In this document: piece by piece, positions 19,101 to 27,731 of the stretch
Position numbering within the stretch: the stretch's first letter is position 1
How the letters are laid out: each line of letters opens with the position of its first letter
Source: a virus
Lineage: Duplodnaviria > Caudoviricetes
Reading direction: 5' to 3' (one strand)
DNA length: 61,662 nt
IMG/VR virus record: IMGVR_UViG_3300016484_000327
Span: 1-61,662 of that record
Notes under the pieces: generated by a model
What the model was told of the DNA's origin: nothing
Seen by the model: the letters and a program-made list of their open reading frames with translations, nothing else
Database searches by the model: none
Position numbers and translations under genes: made by a program

Positions 19101-20984
19101 ACTAAATCGTCCATTAACCGCTCCATTAATTTCTCCATGCACCTTAAGTTCAAAAGGAGAAAGATATGGATCACGGAATTGAGTTTCAGGAGAATGAAAT
19201 GAGAAGATGTCCTTTCTGAATGTTCCCATAGGAGTGTACCCCTTACCTGTACAACCTCCCTTTACTTCTGTCTTACTAAGAAACGGATCTATACGAAGAT
19301 CATTAAAAGGATAGTTCTGGTATAATCCTTTGCGAGATGATACATCTTGATCTATATCATACTCACCCATATTATTCAATATTCCTTTAGCAATAATAGT
19401 TTTATTTCCTTCGCGAGACCCGCGTAGAATTTCATAACCTACAATAGATGTGATAGGATTACCATCGCTGTCTAAAGGATGAGATATATTATCAAACTTA
19501 ACTCCTAATAGGTTAATAAAATTACCCCCATTAGAATGTATGTGAGATGTGCAGTTATCTGGAAACTTATGATGACGAATCGGTTTACCACAAAGTTTGT
19601 CCCAAATGTCAGGACGATTATCAGGATACTTTTCTGTAGACTCCCAATATCCCATAGTACCTTCTGCTATTACAGTGGGTCCTTCTGGAAGATCATATTG
19701 TGTAGTGGAGGTAATGCTTGAAGTGTCATACACTTGCCAGTTTCTAGAAGGAGTATCTGTATATGTACTCTCTAATGCGTCTTGACCAGATGCTACAGCT
19801 AAATCATTAGTAGTTGAAGCTCTACCAGGAATATGATAGGAAGCAGTCTTTTCTCCTGTATTATAAATCCAGCGGATAAAGAATGAATACACCTCATCAC
19901 GCATATAGGATGTTAGATTACCACCCTTGTTATAATAGTTTGCTGGAACTTGAGCACTCACCCATTTAGACTGAATCTTATTTGCTTGTGGCTGATAGTT
20001 AATATCAAACTTGGTATATATACCAGTGCGCATTAAATAGTTGTTCACCTCAAATATTGCATCCGATTTCTCGTATGCTGGCGTAAGCATTGTAATATCT
20101 GATAGTGGAACAACTGGTAATGATTCAGGATACTTATCAATCATCACCTTCTTGGTTCTAGTAGAATAGAAACCAATAGATCTAGCATTAGTATTTTGAA
20201 ATACGGTGGCAATAAGTACCAGTTCAAACTCATCAAATGCATCTGCATCCATGAAGTCAATACTAAGTTCTAATCCACCACCAATACCTGCATGCTCAAA
20301 TAAAGACTGTACGTTTGATAAACCTACATAGTCTGTTACACGTATATTATTTACAGTGTATGCTACAGCTACCTGATAAGATCCATTAGCAAGATTACCA
20401 CCAGCATCTGCCTTCTCTAGAGATATACAAGGAGTTTTAAATAATGGAGCTAACCTAAGAGCTTCACAATCAAGCTTATCTGTATATTCAGGAACTTTAC
20501 AATCGGGACCACTTCTTTGCTTTTTCTCAATATAAGGTATCTTATCTAAGTTAAGTACGCGGTCTGGGTTAAGACCATCTGAAAAGTATACAGATTCTGT
20601 GCAATCAAAGTTTCCACGCACTACACCCGTTATCAGGTTTGTAGTTTTAAAGTTTAAACAGTTATCGTTTACCAGCTTCTCATATGAGCATTTGGTCTCA
20701 TCAAAGATTCCAATCTCTGAGTTTACGTCATTAGTACTAAAAATAACCCACTTACCTTCTGTCTTACTAATCGCTCCAATAATTGTATAGGAAATATCCA
20801 GACACTTAAAGTTAGCGGGTTCATTTCCAATAACTCCAATCTGTCCAAAGTTGGTATTATTAACAGCATTTCGTGCATGTGTCCAATTACCTTCTGGTGT
20901 ATATGCAGAGTCAAAGTCTTTTACCATTCCTTTATTAAAAGAGTTGGTAGTAGCTGACCCAGTATTTTGAAATTTCTCTGCCAT
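16179..20984 (-). CDS. Tail muzzle/stabilization protein (1601 aa)
   Basis: N-terminal SFNKGM.KD...W.HARN...GNEP, RDEVYSFFIRW, GGDIYINRYT, and FTISYD...WISFHDWHP motifs of crAss-like muzzle proteins; follows ring proteins. Confidence 0.8.
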   Translation of the reverse strand: MAEKFQNTGSATTNSFNKGMVKDFDSAYTPEGNWTHARNAVNNTNFGQIGVIGNEPANFKCLDISYTIIGAISKTEGKWVIFSTNDVNSEIGIFDETKCSYEKLVNDNCLNFKTTNLITGVVRGNFDCTESVYFSDGLNPDRVLNLDKIPYIEKKQRSGPDCKVPEYTDKLDCEALRLAPLFKTPCISLEKADAGGNLANGSYQVAVAYTVNNIRVTDYVGLSNVQSLFEHAGIGGGLELSIDFMDADAFDEFELVLIATVFQNTNARSIGFYSTRTKKVMIDKYPESLPVVPLSDITMLTPAYEKSDAIFEVNNYLMRTGIYTKFDINYQPQANKIQSKWVSAQVPANYYNKGGNLTSYMRDEVYSFFIRWIYNTGEKTASYHIPGRASTTNDLAVASGQDALESTYTDTPSRNWQVYDTSSITSTTQYDLPEGPTVIAEGTMGYWESTEKYPDNRPDIWDKLCGKPIRHHKFPDNCTSHIHSNGGNFINLLGVKFDNISHPLDSDGNPITSIVGYEILRGSREGNKTIIAKGILNNMGEYDIDQDVSSRKGLYQNYPFNDLRIDPFLSKTEVKGGCTGKGYTPMGTFRKDIFSFHSPETQFRDPYLSPFELKVHGEINGAVNGRFSPVYKHPEHKMLRDLALYGAAVIGVGVAIALIKGKSAVTTAESGPQGIQTNLTIAGVAAGTITNTPGGDPVILPITGTLNPLANAIKGGKLTGRTTEVTPLAELGPVAAAAALGNPITGPILWSFYGTQGMEQIVRIMNTLIPYRQYAYQYNGHGSYDNYLCPIANNRRRHVANAQYINPYIQDFGLDSRINNLFRSRFIAVKIDSTLDDPKVLDNSRETIGGLGAWTKPTVPFSRTTSAHYASLKVSQPAQYGQLPSIIQIPVSTCVANTDAVKDQKYTSPVLFGGDIYINRYTEKNSFFFFNDWLFNDIDGARFDYMKYVNIPYPRYWADTSDINLSNLMAPLTAGVSTYLGSNVILNELNRLKLINTSDTVNQLISGVLGGASLTLIAANTWQNRVLPNDYRHLDRYKCGNKFDLNIDNAYFYLFANGVRDFFVESEINLAQRDWGELASEQFYDPYRNTDLASLFRSDIIKSGNYYKYDYSLSYSRLITNNLSWASVLPSSYDPKVAETCYSYYPERVIYSLPQTDELKKDNWRVYLANNYQDFDSRITAIKGVNQSGAMILMHASSPVMFPGVDQLQTQNGIKVTIGDSGLFAGNLQNLSNAEGVYEQGACQSRRAVINTPAGLFWVSQNQGKVFQFMQGMKEISRDGMKWWFAKYLPSHIMTDYPEFQLYDNPVSGVGIMLAYDNTNDILYLTKKDYRVKDDYKNTLKYDRGNIFRIGRLSIELGNPTYFEDASFTISYDVKSQAWISFHDWHPALMVSSRNHFMTIVQDEIWKHNERCDLFCNFYGKDYPFEVEYLASTGQEVTTLKNVEYQLECYKYDNYCRDANHVLDFNFDQAVVYNTEQVSGVLKMIEKQKNDPLSYLQYPAVQQNQITIMCSKEENKYRFNQFWDITRNRGEFNPNFQTIWDTAANGYVKEINPNYVAYAKSPLQRKKFRHYMTRVLLKRLVSGEYKMLFRLSNNKITKSFR

Positions 20985-21370
20985 TATAACTTAACTGTAA
21001 GGTTCTTCTTAGTGATAAATTTATACAAGTGTTGCGTTATCCATCCACACAACCAAGCCTGCTGCTCATCATCATTTATCTCACGGTCTTCTGTCATCCT
21101 AATTACTGCGTGAAATATCTCGTGAGCAATTGTATTATGACTAAGATATTTAACATCCAGTAGCAATATATATACGTCAATGTCTGTCGATATCAAGCAC
21201 CCTTCTGCATGATCGACAAATAGTTCAGGAATATCAAGTTTCTTGTAGATGCGGTTCACTTCTTCCATCAAATGGTCTGTTATAATAAACTGAAGTGTAC
21301 ATTCGTATACCGGTATCTTTAGATTCTTGACAGCTCTAAACTTTTTGTTATCACTTAGTTCATTTACCAT
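20984..21370 (-). CDS. Small zincin-like metallopeptidase
   Basis: TIAHEIFH (HExxH) with downstream E..AW; overlaps both neighbours. Confidence 0.65.
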   Translation of the reverse strand: MVNELSDNKKFRAVKNLKIPVYECTLQFIITDHLMEEVNRIYKKLDIPELFVDHAEGCLISTDIDVYILLLDVKYLSHNTIAHEIFHAVIRMTEDREINDDEQQAWLCGWITQHLYKFITKKNLTVKL

Positions 21371-21869
21371 GTTTTCTTAAATAATCTACTGCTTTTAACA
21401 GTATATTAATATCATCTTTAAATTTACCAAGACCAAAGTTGCAGGAGTCACATAATAACTCCCTTATCTTTAATGTATCATGACAATGATCTAAACACAA
21501 AGCTTTTTTAAACCCTGATGGAGGATTACCACAAATAGCACAGTTACCTTCTTGATTACTATACATTTTATCATACTCCTTTTTAGTAATAGATAAACCA
21601 AGCTTTTTATATGTAGCCTGTTTTACACTCCACTTAAACTTTTCAGGTTGTGCTTTTCGATATAATGTAGACCTTTGCTGATTTAACATCTTACCTTCTT
21701 CTGTACTCAACTTCTTTCTTGCACGGTTTCTGCACTGACTTTTTTTACAATCTTTGCAAATACTAGCTTTACCATAACTATATTTTTTCTCATTGTAAAA
21801 GCAGTCTAGTGTCTTTTCTAGTTTACATTTACTACAAAACTTTGTAATTATAGACTCTTCTACAATCAT
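21360..21869 (-). CDS. Endonuclease VII-family HNH endonuclease (homing-type)
   Basis: N-terminal CxxC...CxxC finger, then CAIC...LDHCH...IRELLC..CN.GLG.FKD. Confidence 0.85.
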   Translation of the reverse strand: MIVEESIITKFCSKCKLEKTLDCFYNEKKYSYGKASICKDCKKSQCRNRARKKLSTEEGKMLNQQRSTLYRKAQPEKFKWSVKQATYKKLGLSITKKEYDKMYSNQEGNCAICGNPPSGFKKALCLDHCHDTLKIRELLCDSCNFGLGKFKDDINILLKAVDYLRKHGK

Positions 21870-21872
21870 TAT

Positions 21873-22712
21873 TTATCGTTTAAACATATTATAGTAACGA
21901 CCATACATTGCTTTGCGGTTGGTTTCCCAAACCTTTTGGAAGTCTGCGTAATCAGGTGTGTTGACAAAAGACATAGCATTATTCCTAGCTGAACGAACGC
22001 GCTGTTCGATAAGCTGGATACGCTGAACTACATCTTCTCCATTAAGATACAAGTTCTCAAGTATTCTTTGCTTTAAAGCATACTCATAATACTCGTTTAC
22101 AAGAGGGTTATCTAAAACAAGCAAATTACCCTCATCATCTTCCATAGCTCCTAGATAATTAATATGCACTGTAGCTGTTTCAAGATCTACGTACATAAAA
22201 CCATCTTTTAGATAGGCATGATTAGCTGCGTGTGTTCTAGTATTAGGACACTCCACCGAAACTAATCGACCCTTCTTTATATTCAAAGGATAAAATATAT
22301 CATAGGTTCTAATCTCTGATTTCAACATCTGTACTAGATTAACATAGTTACCACATGCTGAGATGCAGGGTTTTACACTACACGGATTATCGTTAGTATA
22401 ACTAGCGTCTACAGGACGTTCTTCAATATGTGTCCCACTAATTACAGGTTCTGACACTGTATACTTACCACAAAGATTAGCATAGTTGAGTACATAGAAA
22501 TCAAGAGGAAGACGAGCTTTACCTTTTTCAATATGAAGAATAGCATCCTTAGCTTGATTAATCTTAAGTCCCAACTCGTAGTTACAACGCTGCGCTACCT
22601 TAATAAGTTGCGCAGGGTCGATCATTCCTTCTAGATTAAAGGTGCTGAAGTCTGTAGTCACCTCATCTAGAAGCTGATCAAATGTTTTATATTTAACTTC
22701 GGTGAGTGCCAT
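21873..22712 (-). CDS. Tail ring/tubular protein
   Basis: I..GKARLP.DF and Y.G...D.EG.L...D...EY.EY motifs; synteny upstream of muzzle as in crAss-like phages. Confidence 0.7.
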   Translation of the reverse strand: MALTEVKYKTFDQLLDEVTTDFSTFNLEGMIDPAQLIKVAQRCNYELGLKINQAKDAILHIEKGKARLPLDFYVLNYANLCGKYTVSEPVISGTHIEERPVDASYTNDNPCSVKPCISACGNYVNLVQMLKSEIRTYDIFYPLNIKKGRLVSVECPNTRTHAANHAYLKDGFMYVDLETATVHINYLGAMEDDEGNLLVLDNPLVNEYYEYALKQRILENLYLNGEDVVQRIQLIEQRVRSARNNAMSFVNTPDYADFQKVWETNRKAMYGRYYNMFKR

Positions 22713-23383
22713 TATCGTAACGGATTTTGCTTATTCGCATCAGTATCAGAAGGAACCTGCATCATTGCTGTTAGGTCTTTCATAACATGACTCTCGATCT
22801 CAGCGTGTAAATAATCTGGAACATTAAATGATTGATCCACTCGTAATACGCAATCATCACACGTATCGCAGTTATATCCAATAATACTATCTTCAAAGAT
22901 TGCTTCAATACGAACAGCATCCCACTCTAAATCTGGAAAGTAAAGATAGTCATTCAAGTACCAGTAGTATTGAGTCTTATTATACTTAAACGATGTAGAT
23001 GTAGTCATACCTACATATGTTGTAGGCATAGTGGGTTGCATCACTACAGACCCATCAATAGATGTCACTGCACGAATAAGAGGACCAAAATACCCCTGCA
23101 TAAACGTAGGAAGTTTCTCACAGGTTCTTTTAATCTTACAATTGGTTTTAATACCAACGCATTGAGCTTCTATTCTATCCACCTCCTCAAGTTCTACAAA
23201 CTCCAGCGTTTGAACTACAGAAGAAAACTTCATCAGTTTATTCTTACTGTCCTCACGCTTCATTAACCAGTGAGCATGTTTAGATATAATGCTATATAAA
23301 AAGCGGTCTGTCAAGAACGCATCTTGCTTCACCGCCTTTAGTAGGTTGCGCACTCTTGATATAACCTCTCCAATAGTAGTCAT
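22712..23383 (-). CDS. Tail ring protein
   Basis: YYWYLNDYLYFP...VRIEAIFED motif; synteny IHF-like, ring, ring, muzzle. Confidence 0.65.
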   Translation of the reverse strand: MTTIGEVISRVRNLLKAVKQDAFLTDRFLYSIISKHAHWLMKREDSKNKLMKFSSVVQTLEFVELEEVDRIEAQCVGIKTNCKIKRTCEKLPTFMQGYFGPLIRAVTSIDGSVVMQPTMPTTYVGMTTSTSFKYNKTQYYWYLNDYLYFPDLEWDAVRIEAIFEDSIIGYNCDTCDDCVLRVDQSFNVPDYLHAEIESHVMKDLTAMMQVPSDTDANKQNPLR

Positions 23384-23392
23384 GTTATAAGT

Positions 23393-23977
23393 TTAGTCTA
23401 GATCGAATTCATCGTACGTTTTCAACATCTCTTCTTCAATCTTTTCTATGTCCATCTTAAAAGCTTTCTTGCTAAAGATTTCATTTATCCTACGCTTGTT
23501 GTCTACCACCAGATACTTTAAGTATTGCTCTGGATAAGTTTGACCTACGCTTCTAGAGAACTGTCTTACTGGTTTAAATCCCCACAACTTGGAATACATA
23601 AATCTATACTTAGATCCGTAGTTAGTATAAAATATCTTAGCCAAGTAGTTGTCAGATTCCCAGTTACGATGTTGAATTAATTGCTGTAGCTCTTTTGACG
23701 TCTTGTAATCTTTATTCATCTTCTTAGCAGGACAACTACCGATGAAGATATATCCAAGCTGCTCAGGAAGTTCTACTCCGTCTCGCTCATCTATTACAGT
23801 CTGCCAGAGCTTACCGTTTACATTATGGATGATACTCTTAATATCTTGGTTAGAGAGATGAGCATACTTAGGATGCTCTTTTCTGAATGCATCACAGAAG
23901 TCAGCATTCAGAATATTTAACCTCTTTCCCCTGAATCTTGGAGCATTTAAATCCGGTTTTCTAAACGGTTTACTCAA
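23393..23977 (-). CDS. IHF/HU-like protein (crAssphage gene 53-like)
   Basis: GVELPEQLGYIFI...WGFKPVRQFSR resembles HU/IHF fold; position conserved in crAss-like genomes; TTG start. Confidence 0.6.
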   Translation of the reverse strand: MSKPFRKPDLNAPRFRGKRLNILNADFCDAFRKEHPKYAHLSNQDIKSIIHNVNGKLWQTVIDERDGVELPEQLGYIFIGSCPAKKMNKDYKTSKELQQLIQHRNWESDNYLAKIFYTNYGSKYRFMYSKLWGFKPVRQFSRSVGQTYPEQYLKYLVVDNKRRINEIFSKKAFKMDIEKIEEEMLKTYDEFDLD

Positions 23978-23984
23978 GAGTTAT

Positions 23985-24001
23985 CTACATTAATAATTTA
24001 C
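23985..24001 (-). promoter_or_regulatory. Putative phage late promoter (GTAAATTATTAATGTAG)
   Basis: Variant of the five-copy intergenic motif, 7 nt before the start codon. Confidence 0.5.
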
Positions 24002-24039
24002 GAAAAAAATACCAATTAACCTACCTAAACTTATAGGGT

Positions 24040-25353
24040 TTACACTGTGTATACAAACTCAGAAATCTTACCCTTTTCCTTATCGTGAAGTTCCATAACT
24101 GCTTGACGCTTAGCACCTGTGAACTTGTTATGGTAATGCCAGTAGTCACTCTTACAAAGACTAGGAAGATGCTTTATAGCAAATCCATGATGCTCATTCT
24201 CTGTAACATACTCTAGGGTTTTCTTACTATGGAAGTGACCAGTGTAACAAGTTCTATAAGTCGTTGATCCCCAAGCTTTTGCAAATTCTGTAGCGTAAAC
24301 CAGAGGTGTACTCTTCTTGGTAACATCTCCATGCTCAAATGCAAAGAAGTTCTCACCATATGTAACCACCTTTCTTTCAGCATACTCTACATCAAACTTA
24401 ACCCTATCATCTTTAATACATTTAGAAAGCGCATGTGCTAAATGAAATGAGCTAAGACGATCATGGTTACCTGGTAAATACACCACCTGTAAATCATGGG
24501 TAAACTCAGCTAGGTATAAAATAGACCAGTAGATCGCGTGGAATGCTTCCTCATATGCTTCCTGAGCACGGAGGTCATTATCTACGGGTGTACCCTTAGT
24601 GGTAGCTCCACTAAAACTATCCATATTTAGAATATCCCCTCCAATTACGTATATAATCTTATCTAGCATGTGGGAGTGATAACTCCTTAATACTAAGCTA
24701 CCTACAGCATCTTTAAAGTCTTTTGTAATACCATCATTATTCTCCTTACCAAAATGGAGGTCCTGTATAGACAGAATCCCCACAACCGGATTTACAAAGT
24801 TCTTATTAATTACCGGGGTGGGGATCTCAACTGTGCAGGGGTTAAACTTCTGTATCACCCTTTCTAGGAAGTCATCAGCTTCCGGTTTTAACTGCGTCAC
24901 CAGTGCTGAGACTAACCAGTAGTCCTTATGCTGTTTATTCCAATACTGACTAAGCTTCCACTTAGAAATGTCCACTTTAAGGATTCTTATGATCTCCTCG
25001 GGACTTTTAGGTTCTGCAAAGGCAATACCTTTAATTTCTGCAGTACCATCCTCTAGATCTTCTTTGAACTCAATTACACGCTCTTTTTGCTGTGTGATGC
25101 TTTCTACAATCTGATCTTCTAACTCACCAACATAGTTATTTAAAATTGCATCATCGTCAACAAGATCCATCATTTTCTTACTCACAGCATCCTTCATCAT
25201 TTCGTCCAAGTCATCTTGTACTAATGATTTTACATTGAGAATTTGTTGCTTAATAGCGCGGTATTTCTCCAGAGAAATCCCTATCTTTGCTGCGCAGAAT
25301 GCATCACTCTTCTTTAACTTGAGTGAGTCATACACTTCATTGATTAAGTTCAT
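24040..25353 (-). CDS. Calcineurin-like metallophosphoesterase with N-terminal HTH-like region
   Basis: Complete motif set DLHFG, GGD, GNHD, HGD, GHFH. Confidence 0.85.
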   Translation of the reverse strand: MNLINEVYDSLKLKKSDAFCAAKIGISLEKYRAIKQQILNVKSLVQDDLDEMMKDAVSKKMMDLVDDDAILNNYVGELEDQIVESITQQKERVIEFKEDLEDGTAEIKGIAFAEPKSPEEIIRILKVDISKWKLSQYWNKQHKDYWLVSALVTQLKPEADDFLERVIQKFNPCTVEIPTPVINKNFVNPVVGILSIQDLHFGKENNDGITKDFKDAVGSLVLRSYHSHMLDKIIYVIGGDILNMDSFSGATTKGTPVDNDLRAQEAYEEAFHAIYWSILYLAEFTHDLQVVYLPGNHDRLSSFHLAHALSKCIKDDRVKFDVEYAERKVVTYGENFFAFEHGDVTKKSTPLVYATEFAKAWGSTTYRTCYTGHFHSKKTLEYVTENEHHGFAIKHLPSLCKSDYWHYHNKFTGAKRQAVMELHDKEKGKISEFVYTV

Positions 25354-25380
25354 AAGGACAAATTAATGGGTTAAGTTATA

Positions 25381-25388
25381 CAATATTA
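25381..25388 (-). promoter_or_regulatory. Possible Bacteroidota-type -7 element (TAATATTG)
   Basis: One mismatch to TAnnTTTG, 27 nt upstream of the phosphoesterase ATG. Confidence 0.35.
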
Positions 25389-25405
25389 CTACTATTCTCT
25401 GATAT

Positions 25406-25469
25406 AAAAAAATAAACCCCCAGACGTAGAAACGACGGGGGTTTTGTCAGGAAAACCAACAAACCTGAC
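25406..25469 (-). terminator. Intrinsic terminator with a second hairpin after the glycosylation operon
   Basis: aaaccccc...gggggttt stem (25414-25444) followed by a minus-strand T-run; second stem gtcagg/cctgac (25446-25469). Confidence 0.7.
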
Positions 25470-25478
25470 TTTGTCTAT

Positions 25479-26318
25479 TTAGAATACTTTCTTGATCAAA
25501 TCTTCAGCACTCCCCCAATATGGATTAGATGGCGATGTAGTCTTACTATAAATACTAAAGTGGGAAGTAAAGTGCTTACCATGATTAACATGGATAGCTG
25601 GATTCTTACACATCCACTGCTTTCTACCTGGATCAGGTTCAACTAGCACCCCACCCTTTTCAATAGCTTCTTTAAGAAGCTCTTCAAAATGAGCAATAGC
25701 TTCATGAAATATCATAGTCATTTGATGAAGAGGTTCATGATTAGCTGTACGCATTTGAAATCCCTGCTCACATATTCCTATGTAATTCATATTAGTCATA
25801 ATCCCACTATCAAAATCTGGAAAGTCAAAATACCCATCTGGATACATCACATCATGCTCTAAGAAGCTGACATACTTATAGTTACCACTACTTCTAGCTA
25901 TATATAAAAGCTGCAAAATCTGTATTACAATATTCAAATGACTACTACTTTTAGTCATTGCTTGCACCTCATAAAAAGGATTACCTGGAATAGGTTTCCA
26001 AACACAGGTGAGTATATCAGCTATACCACTAAATCTTTGTAAGTTTAGAGCAGCAGCTTGCACTGTCTTATCTACATTGTTATTAGTATAGTAAATACCA
26101 AGCTTATTAGTTTTAGAGTGTGGAAGAGTTAGAAATGATCCTTCTGGAAGTTTTTTAGAACCTGCATTATAAACAACTTCTAAGTATTTATACATACCTG
26201 GTGCAGTATCACCAAATACATCATTAGAAGCTTTGATTCTAAGCTCTCCATTTTTAACATGCGATCTAACTATATCAGTTACATCCACACCTCCATAAGT
26301 TGCTTTAATTATTTCCAT
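25479..26318 (-). CDS. SUEL/DUF3395-like lectin domain fused to GT-A-like glycosyltransferase
   Basis: aa 1-66 IIKATYG..DVT...SNDVFGDTAPGMYKYLEVVY; C-terminal domain with YVSFLEHDVMY (DxD-equivalent) and a late H.NHG.HF motif. Confidence 0.6.
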   Translation of the reverse strand: MEIIKATYGGVDVTDIVRSHVKNGELRIKASNDVFGDTAPGMYKYLEVVYNAGSKKLPEGSFLTLPHSKTNKLGIYYTNNNVDKTVQAAALNLQRFSGIADILTCVWKPIPGNPFYEVQAMTKSSSHLNIVIQILQLLYIARSSGNYKYVSFLEHDVMYPDGYFDFPDFDSGIMTNMNYIGICEQGFQMRTANHEPLHQMTMIFHEAIAHFEELLKEAIEKGGVLVEPDPGRKQWMCKNPAIHVNHGKHFTSHFSIYSKTTSPSNPYWGSAEDLIKKVF

Positions 26319-26788
26319 GCGTGATACACTCCTATTCGGTCAGTATTTTCGTTAAATAATTGATACAGCTCTATATGCTTAAATCCCCATTTTTCAAGTT
26401 GGGATTCACAAATTCTTTTAGTCTCAGCATCGTGATATTCAACTGCAAATTGTCTAACACTTGAGGGTAAAGAATGAATATCTTCAAAGTACTTCTCAGC
26501 TCCTTCTATATCACACTTGATAATCTCAGGAGTGTGGTAGAGAAAATCTTCAAGATCTTTTTTGCTACTCACTGCTTTTGCATATGGTACAAATCTCTCA
26601 TCCTCAATAGGTTCTTTATTAATATCCACACCTATTACCTTTGCAGCACCTTCATCTAAAAACCATTGAGCTGTAGATATAGATGAGTAGAACTTACCAC
26701 ATCCAAGATCTAATACAATCTTACCCTTTGGGTTTAAGAATGACCAGTGCTTTTTGGGTTCTTCGCTGTTAATTACTAAAGTAGACAT
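26309..26788 (-). CDS. SAM-dependent methyltransferase, FkbM-like
   Basis: VLDLGCG (motif I), VIGVD, IIKCDIEGAE, VEYH. Confidence 0.8.
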   Translation of the reverse strand: MSTLVINSEEPKKHWSFLNPKGKIVLDLGCGKFYSSISTAQWFLDEGAAKVIGVDINKEPIEDERFVPYAKAVSSKKDLEDFLYHTPEIIKCDIEGAEKYFEDIHSLPSSVRQFAVEYHDAETKRICESQLEKWGFKHIELYQLFNENTDRIGVYHAWK

Positions 26789-27708
26789 GTTACCTCCTTG
26801 GTTTTAAGTATTTCCTGAACATAGTTTATAGAACAAAACTTATCACTATAAGTCTTATTAACTACATCATTATATGGTAATGAGTGTATATAAGCTCCTT
26901 TAAAGAATATTTCATGCGCACGATCATGCGTTACACCAGCATTGTGAAAGATTGGATGCTTATCCCATTCCTGAATACCTGATGTAGCCCAAGAAAATGA
27001 TAAGTCACTAGTCACTTTAACTTGCTTACCACGTTTCCATAGTCCCCAAAGCAAACACCACATGTCTGCACACCAGATCTGTATCTCATGATGATTCGGA
27101 TCTGCTGCTTTGTCTTCACGTATTATCTCATTAACTCTACTATACATCTCTTCCACCTGATGATACATCTCTTCCCAAAATGAAGCATCAATATCTTTTA
27201 TAATATACTGAGCTCCCCCACTATCTTTCTCATTATCTATAACTACTTGAGGATCAATACCTACAATATTAGCCATAGTATTAAGATAACGCTCACCCTT
27301 GCTACGAATATAATTAGCTCCAATGTAACTAACTGTATCTGCAGCATAGCACGTATCACCTTCTGCAAGGTGTTGGAACCCAAACGGTTTACTTAAAATA
27401 ATATCTGAATCGTGGTAAAATACCACTTCCTTAGCTAACTCAGGACGAGCTATCCAATGTTTCTGTAAAATATAAGGACGAATGCTAGGAATATACCCCT
27501 TTTTAGGACGGTCATCTTTATAAAAGAAAAAACATACATAGGGATATGTGTCAGCGAGTTTACTCCATATTTCTGGAATATTCCCGTAATGACCACATAC
27601 TATATGTATGTCATTAGCATTTACACCATTTCGAATAAAATTGAGGATCATCACCTCAACTTGCCAAGCATAGTAGTCTATCGCTGGTTGTGCACAGACA
27701 AATTTCAT
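26776..27708 (-). CDS. GT-A glycosyltransferase resembling GT96/GT95 protein O-glycosyltransferases
   Basis: YYAWQ (12-16), YIPSIRP (72-78), VFYHDSDII (DxD 100-102), GGAQY, WCADMW, IFHNAG. Confidence 0.7.
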   Translation of the reverse strand: MKFVCAQPAIDYYAWQVEVMILNFIRNGVNANDIHIVCGHYGNIPEIWSKLADTYPYVCFFFYKDDRPKKGYIPSIRPYILQKHWIARPELAKEVVFYHDSDIILSKPFGFQHLAEGDTCYAADTVSYIGANYIRSKGERYLNTMANIVGIDPQVVIDNEKDSGGAQYIIKDIDASFWEEMYHQVEEMYSRVNEIIREDKAADPNHHEIQIWCADMWCLLWGLWKRGKQVKVTSDLSFSWATSGIQEWDKHPIFHNAGVTHDRAHEIFFKGAYIHSLPYNDVVNKTYSDKFCSINYVQEILKTKEVTCLL

Positions 27709-27723
27709 AATATTGGTTTTCTA

Positions 27724-27731
27724 CAAATATA
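27724..27731 (-). promoter_or_regulatory. Bacteroidota-type -7 promoter element (TATATTTG)
   Basis: Exact match to TAnnTTTG, 15 nt upstream of the glycosyltransferase ATG. Confidence 0.55.

Noticed and set aside
25479-27708. GT/methyltransferase operon as a DNA hypermodification or serotype-conversion module
   Set aside because: No base hydroxymethylase, DNA-MTase motifs or membrane GtrABC-like genes nearby, and context is virion genes; disfavoured but not formally excluded.
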